A DNA stretch of 57,929 nucleotides from a virus (taxonomy: Duplodnaviria > Heunggongvirae > Uroviricota > Caudoviricetes), in the IMG/VR virus record IMGVR_UViG_2698536610_000002, one strand, 5' to 3'. The position numbers and the translations under genes are program-made. The notes under the pieces were generated by a model. That model was not told the DNA's origin. It was given only the letters and a program-made list of their open reading frames with translations, and did no database searches. The first letter of the stretch is position 1. Each line of letters opens with the position of its first letter. Positions 23,181-32,242 of this stretch are shown here, in pieces.

Positions 23181-23759
23181 ATGAATAAAAATATTGCCGT
23201 GACGGGCAAGGGGTACGCTCGTCCAGTGAAAAAATTCTGCGATATTCGTGATCTCGTCGTTCTGCGCTTTGATAGTGTGAACGTTCGTGTGGTGTATCTG
23301 AACGGCGATCCGTGGTTTGTTGCAAAAGATGTTTGTGCTGCGCTGGAACTAACCAATTCGCGTACGGCGTTGCAGATGCTTGATGATGATGAAAAGGGAG
23401 TAAATTTAACTTACACCCCAGGAGGAAATCAGAATATGAGAATTATCTCTGAGTCAGGTTTCTACAAACTAATAGCCCGCAGCCGCAAAGCAACGACGCC
23501 TGGCACATTTGCTCATCGTTTCAGTAACTGGGTATTCAGAAATGTGATACCAGGTATCAGAAAAACGGGGACTTATGGTATCCCGTGGGGTGCATTACAG
23601 GATTTTTCCCGCCGTAAAGAGCAATATCAAATAAGTGCCAGCGAGAAGGGGAGGGAGCTACAGGCATGTAAGCGCAAAAAGCGTGAGCTGGAGGAAGAAG
23701 AAAAAACGCTGATACGTGAATATCAGCCTGAGTTTTACTTTGGTAACCGCATTCAGTGA
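23181..23759 (+). CDS. Bro-N domain protein (antirepressor-like)
   Basis: VRVVYLNGDPWFVAKDVCAALELTNSRTALQMLDDDEKG is a canonical Bro-N signature. Confidence 0.7.
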   Translation: MNKNIAVTGKGYARPVKKFCDIRDLVVLRFDSVNVRVVYLNGDPWFVAKDVCAALELTNSRTALQMLDDDEKGVNLTYTPGGNQNMRIISESGFYKLIARSRKATTPGTFAHRFSNWVFRNVIPGIRKTGTYGIPWGALQDFSRRKEQYQISASEKGRELQACKRKKRELEEEEKTLIREYQPEFYFGNRIQ

Positions 23760-24092
23760 CAAAACAAAGGCGACCGCAAAAGGGTCGCCAGTGGGAACAA
23801 GGGAAAACAAAAGCATCACCAACAATGCCACATTTGCGGCTGGTGGGCAATGTGATCAGTCAGATTTGGTTCGTTCCAAGGTTTGCAACGAGAGCTTTTT
23901 CCTGTGCTCTTTAAGGAATTTCTCAAGAGCAAACGAACAAGGTGCGAATCTTTCTGATTCATGTTCATGCGCTATATTTTTGCGTCGTCTCTTACGAGTT
24001 GGTGATGGTGTTTTGGTTGATTCTGTGTCGCTCATGGTGCTGTCCTGTAAAGCAATGCGCCTGCGTTCCTCAAACTATGGCGCTGATATTGG

Positions 24093-24398
24093 CTATTCAT
24101 GCTCTTTGACCTTGCGTCGCTGGAGTTCTTCACGCGCGACGGTGACGAGTTGCCCGATCTCCTCGGCTGCTTTGATGCCGATTTGTTCGACCTTAGCCAG
24201 GGCATCCAGTGACGACACAAGGGGATTTTCTCCGCTGCCTTCTGCTTGGCGGCGGGCTATTTCTCCGCGCATGGCGGTTACGATAAATCCGGCATTGCTT
24301 TCACCGTCCAGCTTAACGGATTCCATCCCTTGCATAACATCTAGTGGGACTCTGACAGTTGTCAGTTGTGATTTTGCGTTTTTGTTAGCCGTTGCCAT
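24093..24398 (-). CDS. Hypothetical protein divergent from the small-ORF operon (possible regulator)
   Basis: 101-aa ORF; start codon confirmed at 24396-24398; lies opposite a promoter/operator region. Confidence 0.45.
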   Translation of the reverse strand: MATANKNAKSQLTTVRVPLDVMQGMESVKLDGESNAGFIVTAMRGEIARRQAEGSGENPLVSSLDALAKVEQIGIKAAEEIGQLVTVAREELQRRKVKEHE

Positions 24399-24459
24399 TT
24401 CTGAAACTCCTAATCATCGGTGTGTTTCAGTATACACAAAAAAAGAAATACAAAAAGCC

Positions 24460-24497
24460 TTGACGTGTGTTTCATGCGCTCATAACATGAAACACAC
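24460..24497 (+). promoter_or_regulatory. Sigma70-like promoter overlapped by an inverted repeat (candidate operator)
   Basis: ttgacg (24460-24465), 17-nt spacer, taacat (24483-24488); inverted repeat gtgtgtttcatg ... catgaaacacac spans the -10 element. Confidence 0.5.
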
Positions 24498-24588
24498 CGA
24501 AAGGATTGTTGAAATACAAAGAGCAACGCCCCGCAGTGCTGGGAACACATACGGGGCGTCTAACCAACAACGTAAACTAGGAGCCGTT

Positions 24589-24786
24589 ATGGTTGCTGTA
24601 AATCATATACCACACCTTGTACACACACAAACGGCCTTTGTGTGGCGTTTTCTGGCACTGAGTGCCGGAGAATCTCAAATCATCCACGTAACCGCCTGGA
24701 CGGAACGCGAAGCGCGTAGCCGTTGCCCGTCCGGTTGTGTTGCTGTATTCGCTGCAAAAATCCGCCAGGGAGTGAGTCATGCTTAA
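24589..24786 (+). CDS. Small hypothetical protein (first gene of the island operon)
   Basis: 65-aa ORF with SD aggag 7 nt upstream; stop overlaps next ORF start. Confidence 0.45.
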   Translation: MVAVNHIPHLVHTQTAFVWRFLALSAGESQIIHVTAWTEREARSRCPSGCVAVFAAKIRQGVSHA

Positions 24787-24964
24787 AACCTTCCGTGTAT
24801 TTGCCCGAGCTGTTAACCCAATAGGCCACGCAATTGGTATCGCTCAGAATGTGAAGGCTGTTAATGTTCAGACGGCTATTGCTGCGGTGAGAAGCGAATC
24901 ATCAGAATATGGCTTATCACAAGTCATTATTTCAGCAGTGTATGAATTAAAAGAGGTGCATTAA
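24779..24964 (+). CDS. Small hypothetical protein
   Basis: 61-aa ORF; start/stop overlap neighbours (translationally coupled chain). Confidence 0.4.
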   Translation: MLKTFRVFARAVNPIGHAIGIAQNVKAVNVQTAIAAVRSESSEYGLSQVIISAVYELKEVH

Positions 24965-25155
24965 TGCAGGAAATTACATTACACGAAGCCGCTGAACGTG
25001 CGCACCAGACAGAAATTATTTGCCGCCTTCTTGAGGTATACCCGAACAAAATTACAGATGCTGATATATCCGCACTGGCGAGCCTACTGGCGCGTCTTTC
25101 GGGAAGTGTCGCTAGTTTTTTGATTGAGGAAGAAAGTAAGCTGGTGGGGGATTAA
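24964..25155 (+). CDS. Small hypothetical protein
   Basis: 63-aa ORF in the coupled chain. Confidence 0.4.
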   Translation: MQEITLHEAAERAHQTEIICRLLEVYPNKITDADISALASLLARLSGSVASFLIEEESKLVGD

Positions 25156-25377
25156 ATGAATACAGAACGGGAAGTCTTTTTTAAATTGTTAGCATGTGCA
25201 GAAAGTTCATTAACTTTAAATAATTCAGCAAAAGCAATATTAAATATGTGGCTTGATTGCATAAATGACAATGAAGATGCAAATATTGCTTATGGCCTGT
25301 TGTCACTTATTGATGAATCAGCAGAAAAACTCAATGACGCAATAAATAGTGCCCTGCTATCAAATAAGTCGAGTTAA
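25156..25377 (+). CDS. Small hypothetical protein
   Basis: 73-aa AT-rich ORF in the coupled chain. Confidence 0.4.
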   Translation: MNTEREVFFKLLACAESSLTLNNSAKAILNMWLDCINDNEDANIAYGLLSLIDESAEKLNDAINSALLSNKSS

Positions 25378-25394
25378 GTCGAGGAATAAATAAT

Positions 25395-25694
25395 ATGGAA
25401 ATGAAAAATTCTGGCTTTATTGCCAGCGGCCCCGCTCGAACTGAATTTATGAACGGCGATATTTACCGCGATAAATACGGCGGCACGGTAACGATTAAAG
25501 GCGTGGCAGAACGGCGCATCACTTACCGCCGTGAGGGGTATAGCTATGACTGCGTGATGCCTGTTTATCAGTTCCGGCGTGATTTTTCCCTGGTATATGC
25601 CACACCCCGCAGTAAGCCCATCAGCAGGGAAAAAGCGTGGGGAAATATCCAGAAAATGAAAACCATGATTAACGGATTCAGAGGTAAAAAATGA
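25395..25694 (+). CDS. Hypothetical protein
   Basis: 99-aa ORF; stop overlaps the primase start. Confidence 0.45.
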   Translation: MEMKNSGFIASGPARTEFMNGDIYRDKYGGTVTIKGVAERRITYRREGYSYDCVMPVYQFRRDFSLVYATPRSKPISREKAWGNIQKMKTMINGFRGKK

Positions 25695-27445
25695 AACTGG
25701 CACCGAACGTAAAACAGCAGTCACGCGGCATAAAACACAAAGGAACAGAAGTCATTATTTTTGCGGGTAGTGATGCCTGGGCACACGCGAAACAATGGCA
25801 GGAACATGATGCGCGTATGGCCGGAGATAATGAGCCTCCTGTGTGGCTTGGGGAGCAGCAGCTATCCGAACTGGATAATCTGCAAATTGTGCCGGAAGGC
25901 CGAAAATCAGCACGCATATACAGGGCCGGATATCTTGCGCCTGTAATGATAAAGGCGATTGGTCAGAAGCTGGCGGCAGCAGGCGTACAGGATGCAAATT
26001 TTTATCCTGAGGGTATGCACGGCCAGGAGGTGCAGAACTGGCGCGAATATCTGGCCCGTGAACGCCAGAATCTTTCTGATGGTCTGGTCATTGAGCTTCC
26101 GGTAAAGCAAAAGGCGCAACTTTCGCAGATGGCGGACAGTGAGCGCGCGCAGTTGCTTGCCGATCGCTTTGATGGCGTTTGCGTACATCCTGAAAGTGAA
26201 ATCGTTCACGTATGGCGCGGCGGGGTATGGTGTCCGGTCAGCACAATGGAACTTAGCCGCGAAATGGTGGCGATCTATTCAGAGCACAGGGCCACTTTCA
26301 GCAAGCGCGTAATCAATAACGCCGTGGAAGCGTTAAAAGTTATTGCCGAACCAATGGGCGAGCCGTCTGGCGATTTGCTGCCGTTCGCCAATGGTGCGCT
26401 TGACCTGAAAACGGGGGAATTTTCCCCGCACACGCCGGAGGACTGGATCACCACGCACAACGGCATTGAGTACACGCCACCAGCACCAGGGGAGAACATC
26501 CGCGATAACGCGCCAAACTTTCATAAATGGCTTGAGCACGCAGCCGGAAAAGACCCGCGCAAGATGATGCGTATATGTGCCGCGCTGTACATGATTATGG
26601 CGAACCGGTACGACTGGCAGATGTTTATTGAGGCCACCGGAGACGGCGGGAGCGGTAAAAGTACATTCACACACATAGCCAGCCTTCTGGCAGGGAAACA
26701 GAACACGGTAAGCGCTGAAATGACATCGCTTGATGATGCTGGTGGACGTGCGCAGGTTGTCGGGAGTCGTCTTATCGTCCTGGCTGACCAGCCGAAATAT
26801 ACAGGCGAAGGAACGGGCATCAAGAAAATCACAGGCGGCGACCCCGTGGAAATTAACCCGAAATATGAAAAGCGTTTCACGGCGGTAATCAGGGCGGTGG
26901 TGCTGGCGACCAACAACAACCCGATGATATTCACCGAACGGGCCGGAGGTGTGGCACGTCGTCGCGTGATTTTCCGTTTCGACAATATCGTCAGTGAGGC
27001 CGAAAAAGACAGGGAGCTACCGGAAAAGATTGCGGCTGAAATCCCCGTTATTATCCGCCGATTGCTGGCGAACTTTACCGACCCTGAGAAGGCACGGGCT
27101 TTACTACTGGAACAGCGTGACGGTGATGAAGCACTGGCAATAAAGCAACAGACGGATCCGGTTATTGAGTTTTGCCAGTTCCTGAATTTTCTGGAGGAAG
27201 CGCGCGGCCTGATGATGGGTGGCGGTGGTGATTCAGTGAAGTACACGACCAGGAACAGCCTTTACCGCGTCTATCTGGCGTTTATGGCATACGCGGGCAG
27301 GAGCAAACCGCTAAACGTGGCTGAGTTCAGCAAGGCCATGAAGCCAGCGGCGAAAGTTTACGGGCATGAATATATTACGCGAAAAGTTAAGGGAGTAACG
27401 CAGACCAACGCAATTACAACAGACGATTGCGACGCGTTTTTATAA
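25691..27445 (+). CDS. P4-alpha-like primase-helicase (D5/P4-family C-terminal NTPase)
   Basis: 584 aa; Walker A TGDGGSGKST and Walker B-like RLIVLAD; size and position typical of satellite replication proteins. Confidence 0.85.
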   Translation: MKLAPNVKQQSRGIKHKGTEVIIFAGSDAWAHAKQWQEHDARMAGDNEPPVWLGEQQLSELDNLQIVPEGRKSARIYRAGYLAPVMIKAIGQKLAAAGVQDANFYPEGMHGQEVQNWREYLARERQNLSDGLVIELPVKQKAQLSQMADSERAQLLADRFDGVCVHPESEIVHVWRGGVWCPVSTMELSREMVAIYSEHRATFSKRVINNAVEALKVIAEPMGEPSGDLLPFANGALDLKTGEFSPHTPEDWITTHNGIEYTPPAPGENIRDNAPNFHKWLEHAAGKDPRKMMRICAALYMIMANRYDWQMFIEATGDGGSGKSTFTHIASLLAGKQNTVSAEMTSLDDAGGRAQVVGSRLIVLADQPKYTGEGTGIKKITGGDPVEINPKYEKRFTAVIRAVVLATNNNPMIFTERAGGVARRRVIFRFDNIVSEAEKDRELPEKIAAEIPVIIRRLLANFTDPEKARALLLEQRDGDEALAIKQQTDPVIEFCQFLNFLEEARGLMMGGGGDSVKYTTRNSLYRVYLAFMAYAGRSKPLNVAEFSKAMKPAAKVYGHEYITRKVKGVTQTNAITTDDCDAFL

Positions 27446-27454
27446 TTTTTTGTA

Positions 27455-27700
27455 AAAGCCATCTACCCCATCTACCTGAACAAAATAAACTCATATTATT
27501 CAACATGATAAGTGGGTATAGGGCTAGGTAGAAGGCTAATAAAAGCTCTCTACCTCTTCTACCTGATTTTATCAGTTTCAGGTAGCAGGGTAGACGGCAG
27601 GTAGAGGAGTCAAAAAGCTATCTACCCGCTGAAAGCCGCGCCATTACTGACATGATGAGCATTCGGGTAGATGGGTAGAGGGGGGGAGGCACAACTAAAA
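27455..27700. repeat. Iteron cluster (repeated ctacc/ggtag-containing motifs) downstream of the primase: candidate island ori
   Basis: catctaccccatctacctg, gctaggtagaagg, ctctacctcttctacctg, caggtagcagggtagacggcaggtagagg, ctatctacccg, cgggtagatgggtagaggg. Confidence 0.6.
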
Positions 27701-27731
27701 ACTTTTTAAACGAGGGGGGGGGTGAAAATAA

Positions 27732-28046
27732 ATGCGCATACATAAAAATCACTTAACAAACATGCCAGCCGAAAACATGAATCAGGGGCGACAAATGACC
27801 AAAATTCGCAGAGACAGAACACAGGCAAAATATAAAGCGTTAGACATGACAGAGCTTTCCTTAAAGGTGGCAATCAAAGCGATAGACCACCACACACGGG
27901 CAGGATACGCGAAGGAACATCCCGACCTGATAAGCGCATTCATGACCACAGCAGCGGCAAACTTTGCCACGCTGACAGAACGGGAGATTGCCGAAGCGGA
28001 ACAGGTGACAACCATCAATGTTAAAACCGGAGAGCAGACAGCATGA
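27732..28046 (+). CDS. Hypothetical protein
   Basis: 104-aa ORF preceded by a G9 homopolymer (27714-27722). Confidence 0.4.
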   Translation: MRIHKNHLTNMPAENMNQGRQMTKIRRDRTQAKYKALDMTELSLKVAIKAIDHHTRAGYAKEHPDLISAFMTTAAANFATLTEREIAEAEQVTTINVKTGEQTA

Positions 28047-28465
28047 CAGCACAGATAGCGGCTTACGGGCGGCTGGTGGCTGACCCGCAGTTAAAGACCA
28101 CCAGCAAAGGGACACAAATGGCGATGGCGAGTATGGCGGTTCCCCTGCCGTGCAGCCAGGCAGATGACGGAACGGCGACGATGTGGTTATCCGTCCTGGC
28201 GTTTGGCAGACAGGCCGACGCACTGGCAAAACACCACAAAGGCGAACTGGTGAGCGTGGCGGGTAACATGCAGGTAAGCCAGTGGACAGGCCAGAACGGC
28301 GAAACGCGGCGGGGCTGGCAGGTTATCGCAGACAGCGTAATCAGTGCGCGAACGGCGCGACCGGGCGGCAAAAAAGGCCAGCAGGGGCAGGCCACTGACG
28401 CACTGAACAGGGCAAAACAACAGTCGGGGAATGATGATCCGTACGGCGATAATATACCGTTTTAA
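28043..28465 (+). CDS. SSB-like single-stranded DNA-binding protein
   Basis: 140 aa; Gly/Gln-rich tail ending in the acidic DDPYGDNIPF motif characteristic of SSB C-termini. Confidence 0.55.
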   Translation: MTAQIAAYGRLVADPQLKTTSKGTQMAMASMAVPLPCSQADDGTATMWLSVLAFGRQADALAKHHKGELVSVAGNMQVSQWTGQNGETRRGWQVIADSVISARTARPGGKKGQQGQATDALNRAKQQSGNDDPYGDNIPF

Positions 28466-28676
28466 ATTCTACAAACAAAAAGATGCCGGAAAAAAATAGA
28501 TTTTCCGGCATGCTACATAAATCCCGACCAAAGGAAGTAAATACATTAACACGAATTATCAGCACTGAAGTTGTTACGGCATATTTTATACAACATTGCA
28601 CTTGGTTGCATGTATTCGCATAGCAGACATCGGTAATAGAATATATTCACAATTATTTGTAATGAATGTAAAGAGG

Positions 28677-29723
28677 ATGAGTATGGTTGATTTATATTCG
28701 CCTACACAGCTTGTGCAGGTGGCTAATGCTGAAGATGTGCAAAAAAAATTAAATGCGTTGTTTACCAGTTTGTTTTTCACTCGCTCGGTAATGTTTGAAT
28801 CGAGAGACATTATTCTTGATACGATCGACGATCCAAATATCCCGATCGCGGCGTTTTGCTCTCCTATGGTGGGCAGTAAAGTTTCACGAGATGAGGGATA
28901 CGAATCAAAAACAATTCGTCCAGGTTATATGAAGCCGAAAAGCAGCATTGATCCAAATAAGTTAGCTGTGCGCCCTGCTGGTGTGTCACCTGAGCAATAC
29001 AATGCTTTTGGGGCGCGTAATATTAAAGTTAAACAGGCGATTGTAAATCAGGCTAAAGCTATTCGTGCACGTATTGAATGGCTTGCTGTTCAGGCAATCA
29101 CAACGGGGAAAAATATCATTGAGGGCGATGGTATTGAACGTTATGAGCTGGACTGGAATATAAAACCACAAAATATCATCACTCAGTCTGGCGGTACTGA
29201 GTGGTCAGGTAAGGATAAAGAAACTTTTGATCCAAATGATGATATTGAGAGCTACGCAGAATTTAGTGAGGGCGTCACTAATATCATCATTATGGGTGGT
29301 AATGTATGGAAGAAATACCGTTCATTCAGAGCGATAAAAGAGGCTTTGGATACCCGTCGTGGTTCTAATTCCGAACTGGAAACGGCCCTTAAAGACCTTG
29401 GTGATTCGGTGAGTTTTAAAGGGTATATGGGCGATGTTGCGATTGTTGTTTACAGCGGGCGTTATACCGACGAGGACGGAACAGAAAAACATTTCCTTGA
29501 TCCTGATTTGATGGTGCTTGGCAATACGGCTCTTCAGGGGATTGTCGCCTATGGCGGTATTCAGGATCCGGAGCTAATCCGAATGGGGCTGACTAAAGCC
29601 GAACTTGCACCGAAAAACTATATTGTGCCTGGTGATCCGGCTATTGAATATGTGCAGACACATTCAGCACCACAGCCAATACCGGCCCGCATCAATCGTT
29701 TTGTTACCGTTCGCATTGGCTAA
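28677..29723 (+). CDS. Major capsid protein E homologue (island copy)
   Basis: Starts MSM like lambda gpE; blocks ITQSGGTEWS, LDTRRGSNSELETALKDLG and YMGDVAIVVYSG align with the helper gpE at 34793-35818. Confidence 0.8.
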   Translation: MSMVDLYSPTQLVQVANAEDVQKKLNALFTSLFFTRSVMFESRDIILDTIDDPNIPIAAFCSPMVGSKVSRDEGYESKTIRPGYMKPKSSIDPNKLAVRPAGVSPEQYNAFGARNIKVKQAIVNQAKAIRARIEWLAVQAITTGKNIIEGDGIERYELDWNIKPQNIITQSGGTEWSGKDKETFDPNDDIESYAEFSEGVTNIIIMGGNVWKKYRSFRAIKEALDTRRGSNSELETALKDLGDSVSFKGYMGDVAIVVYSGRYTDEDGTEKHFLDPDLMVLGNTALQGIVAYGGIQDPELIRMGLTKAELAPKNYIVPGDPAIEYVQTHSAPQPIPARINRFVTVRIG

Positions 29724-29732
29724 GGGGGAGCA

Positions 29733-30074
29733 ATGCCTACTCATTACACTGAACTCATGGCTGGCACTGAAGCACTGGTGACTACGCTGGGGATATTTTC
29801 AGCTAATAAAGGGGTAATTCCTGCATTTACGCCACTGATGCAGGAAGATGCAACAGGTGCACTGGTGGTATGGGATGGTTCGAGCGTAGGTAAAGCGGTT
29901 TATGTTTCCGCTGTACAAATCGACACAGCGAAAAAAACACAGGCACAGGTTTATAAGACAGGTGTTTTAAATGTTGATGCTCTGAACTGGCCTGAGTCTG
30001 TAAAAGAACTGTCGGCAAAGGTTGCCGCGTTTGTTGGCTCAGGTATTTCTGTTCAGCCGCTGGCTCGTGTGTAA
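29733..30074 (+). CDS. Head decoration protein D homologue (island copy)
   Basis: 113 aa; FTPLMQEDATGALVVWDGSSVGKAVYVSAV and AAFVGSGISV align with lambda gpD ([30 protein letters not shown] ... AFAGTAISI). Confidence 0.8.
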   Translation: MPTHYTELMAGTEALVTTLGIFSANKGVIPAFTPLMQEDATGALVVWDGSSVGKAVYVSAVQIDTAKKTQAQVYKTGVLNVDALNWPESVKELSAKVAAFVGSGISVQPLARV

Positions 30075-30085
30075 AGGGGGATACA

Positions 30086-30469
30086 ATGCAGAATCATTAC
30101 AATGACCTTAAGCCAATTGCCGAAATGATGTATCCGGATCCAGCAGTAGAGGAATTAAAGGCTATTGCTGACAAAATGCGTTTAAGTGAACGCCTTGTTG
30201 ATATGAATCAGGTGATGGAACTTACTACCCTTAGCCGTCGCACATTGCTAAACCTTGAGGCTCGCGGAGAGTTCCCCGAACGCGTACAGGTTACGGAAGG
30301 GCGTAAGGCCTGGTATTTAAGTGAAGTGATCGACTGGATAAACAATATTCCTCGATCTTCTGAATATTGCCGCGTATCTGTCCCAAAAAAGCCAGATGCG
30401 GCGCTATGCCTCAAGATTGAGCGTGTACGTCGCAATGCACGGGATGGTCGCTATAAGTTGATTGGTTGA
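30086..30469 (+). CDS. HTH protein (AlpA/MerR-like) upstream of the island cos
   Basis: 127 aa; LTTLSRRTLLNLEARGEFPERVQV...WYLSEVIDWINN resembles an AlpA-type HTH. Confidence 0.45.
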   Translation: MQNHYNDLKPIAEMMYPDPAVEELKAIADKMRLSERLVDMNQVMELTTLSRRTLLNLEARGEFPERVQVTEGRKAWYLSEVIDWINNIPRSSEYCRVSVPKKPDAALCLKIERVRRNARDGRYKLIG

Positions 30470-30525
30470 TGAAATTAGGGCCCGTTCTGGCTGGCGGGTC
30501 CTTTCCGGCGATCCGGTAGGCTACG

Positions 30526-30537
30526 GGGCGGCGACCT
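30526..30537. other. Second cosN (gggcggcgacct) belonging to the island
   Basis: gggtcctttccggcgatccggtaggctacg gggcggcgacct cgcgggttttcgctatttatga: near-identical to the helper cos for ~75 nt, then diverges in the cosB region. Confidence 0.8.
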
Positions 30538-30685
30538 CGCGGGTTTTCGCTATTTATGAGCCTTTTTCGGGTGCTGGTGGTGGTTTTGTTGTTCGCTCTA
30601 TCTCTATGAATAAAAAGGAAAAGATAAAGCCAATACACCAACCTGAAACATTACTTAAGTGGGGATATTGATGAAATCGCACCTG

Positions 30686-31213
30686 ATGAACAAAAAAAAC
30701 ATGGCGCAAAGCTGCCGTGTAAGTGCGACAGCGTTCGACAAGTGGGGAGTGACTCCCGTTGAACGTAAAGGCCGCGAGGCGTTTTATGATGTTGCCAGCG
30801 TAATAGACAATCGGGTTAGCAATGCAATTAACCAGATTACAGACGACAAAGGCGAGATTGATGATGATGAACTCCTACGAGTCAGGATCAGATTGCTGAC
30901 AGCACAGGCAGAGGCGCAGGAGCTTAAAAACGAGCGCGAACGCGGCGACGTTATTGATACAGCGTTTTGTATATACGTGCTTTCAAAATTGGCGAGTCAG
31001 ATTTCTTCAATCATGGACAGCCTGCCGCTTGCCATGACAAGGAAGTTTCCCGACATGAAGCCGTCTATGCTGGATGGACTGAAAAAAGAAGTTATCAGAG
31101 CCTGTAACGCATGCGCAAAACTTGACGAAAACATACCGCTGATGCTGTCCGATTATCTGATGGAAACTGCCGGAAACGTACCGGATAAGTTGCAGCCGAA
31201 TAAAGATAAGTAA
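30686..31213 (+). CDS. Nu1-like small terminase subunit (island copy, divergent N-terminal DNA-binding domain)
   Basis: Start set at MNKKNMAQ (Nu1 MEVNKKQLA); C-terminal ELKNERERGDVIDTAFCIYVLSKLASQISSIMDSLPLAMTRKFP aligns with Nu1 ELKNARDSAEVVETAFCTFVLSRIAGEIASILDGIPLSVQRRFP. Confidence 0.8.
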   Translation: MNKKNMAQSCRVSATAFDKWGVTPVERKGREAFYDVASVIDNRVSNAINQITDDKGEIDDDELLRVRIRLLTAQAEAQELKNERERGDVIDTAFCIYVLSKLASQISSIMDSLPLAMTRKFPDMKPSMLDGLKKEVIRACNACAKLDENIPLMLSDYLMETAGNVPDKLQPNKDK

Positions 31214-31224
31214 CGTAGTACGCT

Positions 31225-31506
31225 ATGACTGAATCCGAAATACTGCGATTAATCCGCCGTGCTTGTGGAATCAGCAAGCAGCATGACGAACAGGCCACGC
31301 AGCCGGACAGCGTGACCGCAGATAATTATGTGCGTGTAGTGGCTGAGGTGATGCGCCGTGACGGTATTGAGCTTAACGGCGTGGATATGCGCAACATACG
31401 AACAAGAGTCCTTGAGTTGCTGGCATATCGTCGCCGTTCTCAACAACGGAGGGAGAGCGCGAAAAATACTTACCAGTGGAAGAAGCCGGAACGATTGCGG
31501 CGGTAA
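31225..31506 (+). CDS. Hypothetical protein
   Basis: 93-aa ORF, Arg-rich C-terminus. Confidence 0.4.
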   Translation: MTESEILRLIRRACGISKQHDEQATQPDSVTADNYVRVVAEVMRRDGIELNGVDMRNIRTRVLELLAYRRRSQQRRESAKNTYQWKKPERLRR

Positions 31507-31521
31507 CTTGCTGATATTCCC

Positions 31522-31879
31522 GATAACGCAAAATTGCGCTGGCTGACTTGTTGCATTGCAAAAAGTTAAGCAGGAAGGCACGGCCTGTAAGATGGGATGC
31601 AGTAAGTAGTTCAAGGCTACCTTGTGCTGGCACGCACAGTTAAGCCGTCGGTGCTGGATATCCCCCACTGGGGGAAAAGCTGGCTACATCCCTCACATCT
31701 GAGGACTGATAACGCGACATTGCGCTGGCTGGCAAAGTGCAAAATTGCACGATGGCCTAACCCATTGATTATTTCGAAAACCTGCAATGCAGGAAATCGG
31801 GGAAGTAAGCCTAAGCTATTAATTGTTTCGAAAACCCCCATTGGGGGATGTCGGGAAAGTAAGACTAACCCATTGATTC
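31522..31879. repeat. Non-coding array of repeated hairpin-containing modules
   Basis: gataacgc(a/g)a(a/c)attgcgctggctg twice (31522, 31708); tandem ~55-bp units tt(a/g)tttcgaaaacc[hairpin]g(a/g)tcggg(g/a)aagtaag(c/a)ctaa at 31770 and 31825; cccattgatt flanks at 31761 and 31870. Confidence 0.55.
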
Positions 31880-32220
31880 TTCCACAATCCTCAATTTGAG
31901 GAGGCCGGAACGTCTACATAGCTGCATCGCCGTAATGATGATTCAGCCCACCAGCCAAATCAGCACAGCAACGACAGAATAGCCCGACACAGAAAAACCA
32001 CGAATATGGGGTTTTTGTTATGACATGGTCATGATGACCACTCATACAAAACAGGTAAAGCCCACCAGCCTGATTAAAGGTTAACCGGAAAAAAGCCAGG
32101 TATCCAATCTCGATATGGGGATCCCTATATCGACATTAACGCCCACTAAAACTGTGCATATATGCATAGAAAAAGCATCCACCAGCTTTATGACGGATGC
32201 CGCTCATCTTATAAATAATC

Positions 32221-32242
32221 GTGTATTGCAGTGTGTATTGCG
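32221..32242 (+). repeat. Two copies of gtgtattgc(a/g) next to the right junction
   Basis: gtgtattgca 32221-32230 and gtgtattgcg 32233-32242, same motif as at the left end. Confidence 0.5.

Noticed and set aside
23716-24786. 356-aa plus-strand ORF, Ser/Cys-rich and low complexity
   Set aside because: It overlaps a better-supported minus-strand gene (24093-24398) and a promoter region, has no plausible start context and an odd composition; only its last 65 codons (24589-24786, with their own SD) look like a real small gene.
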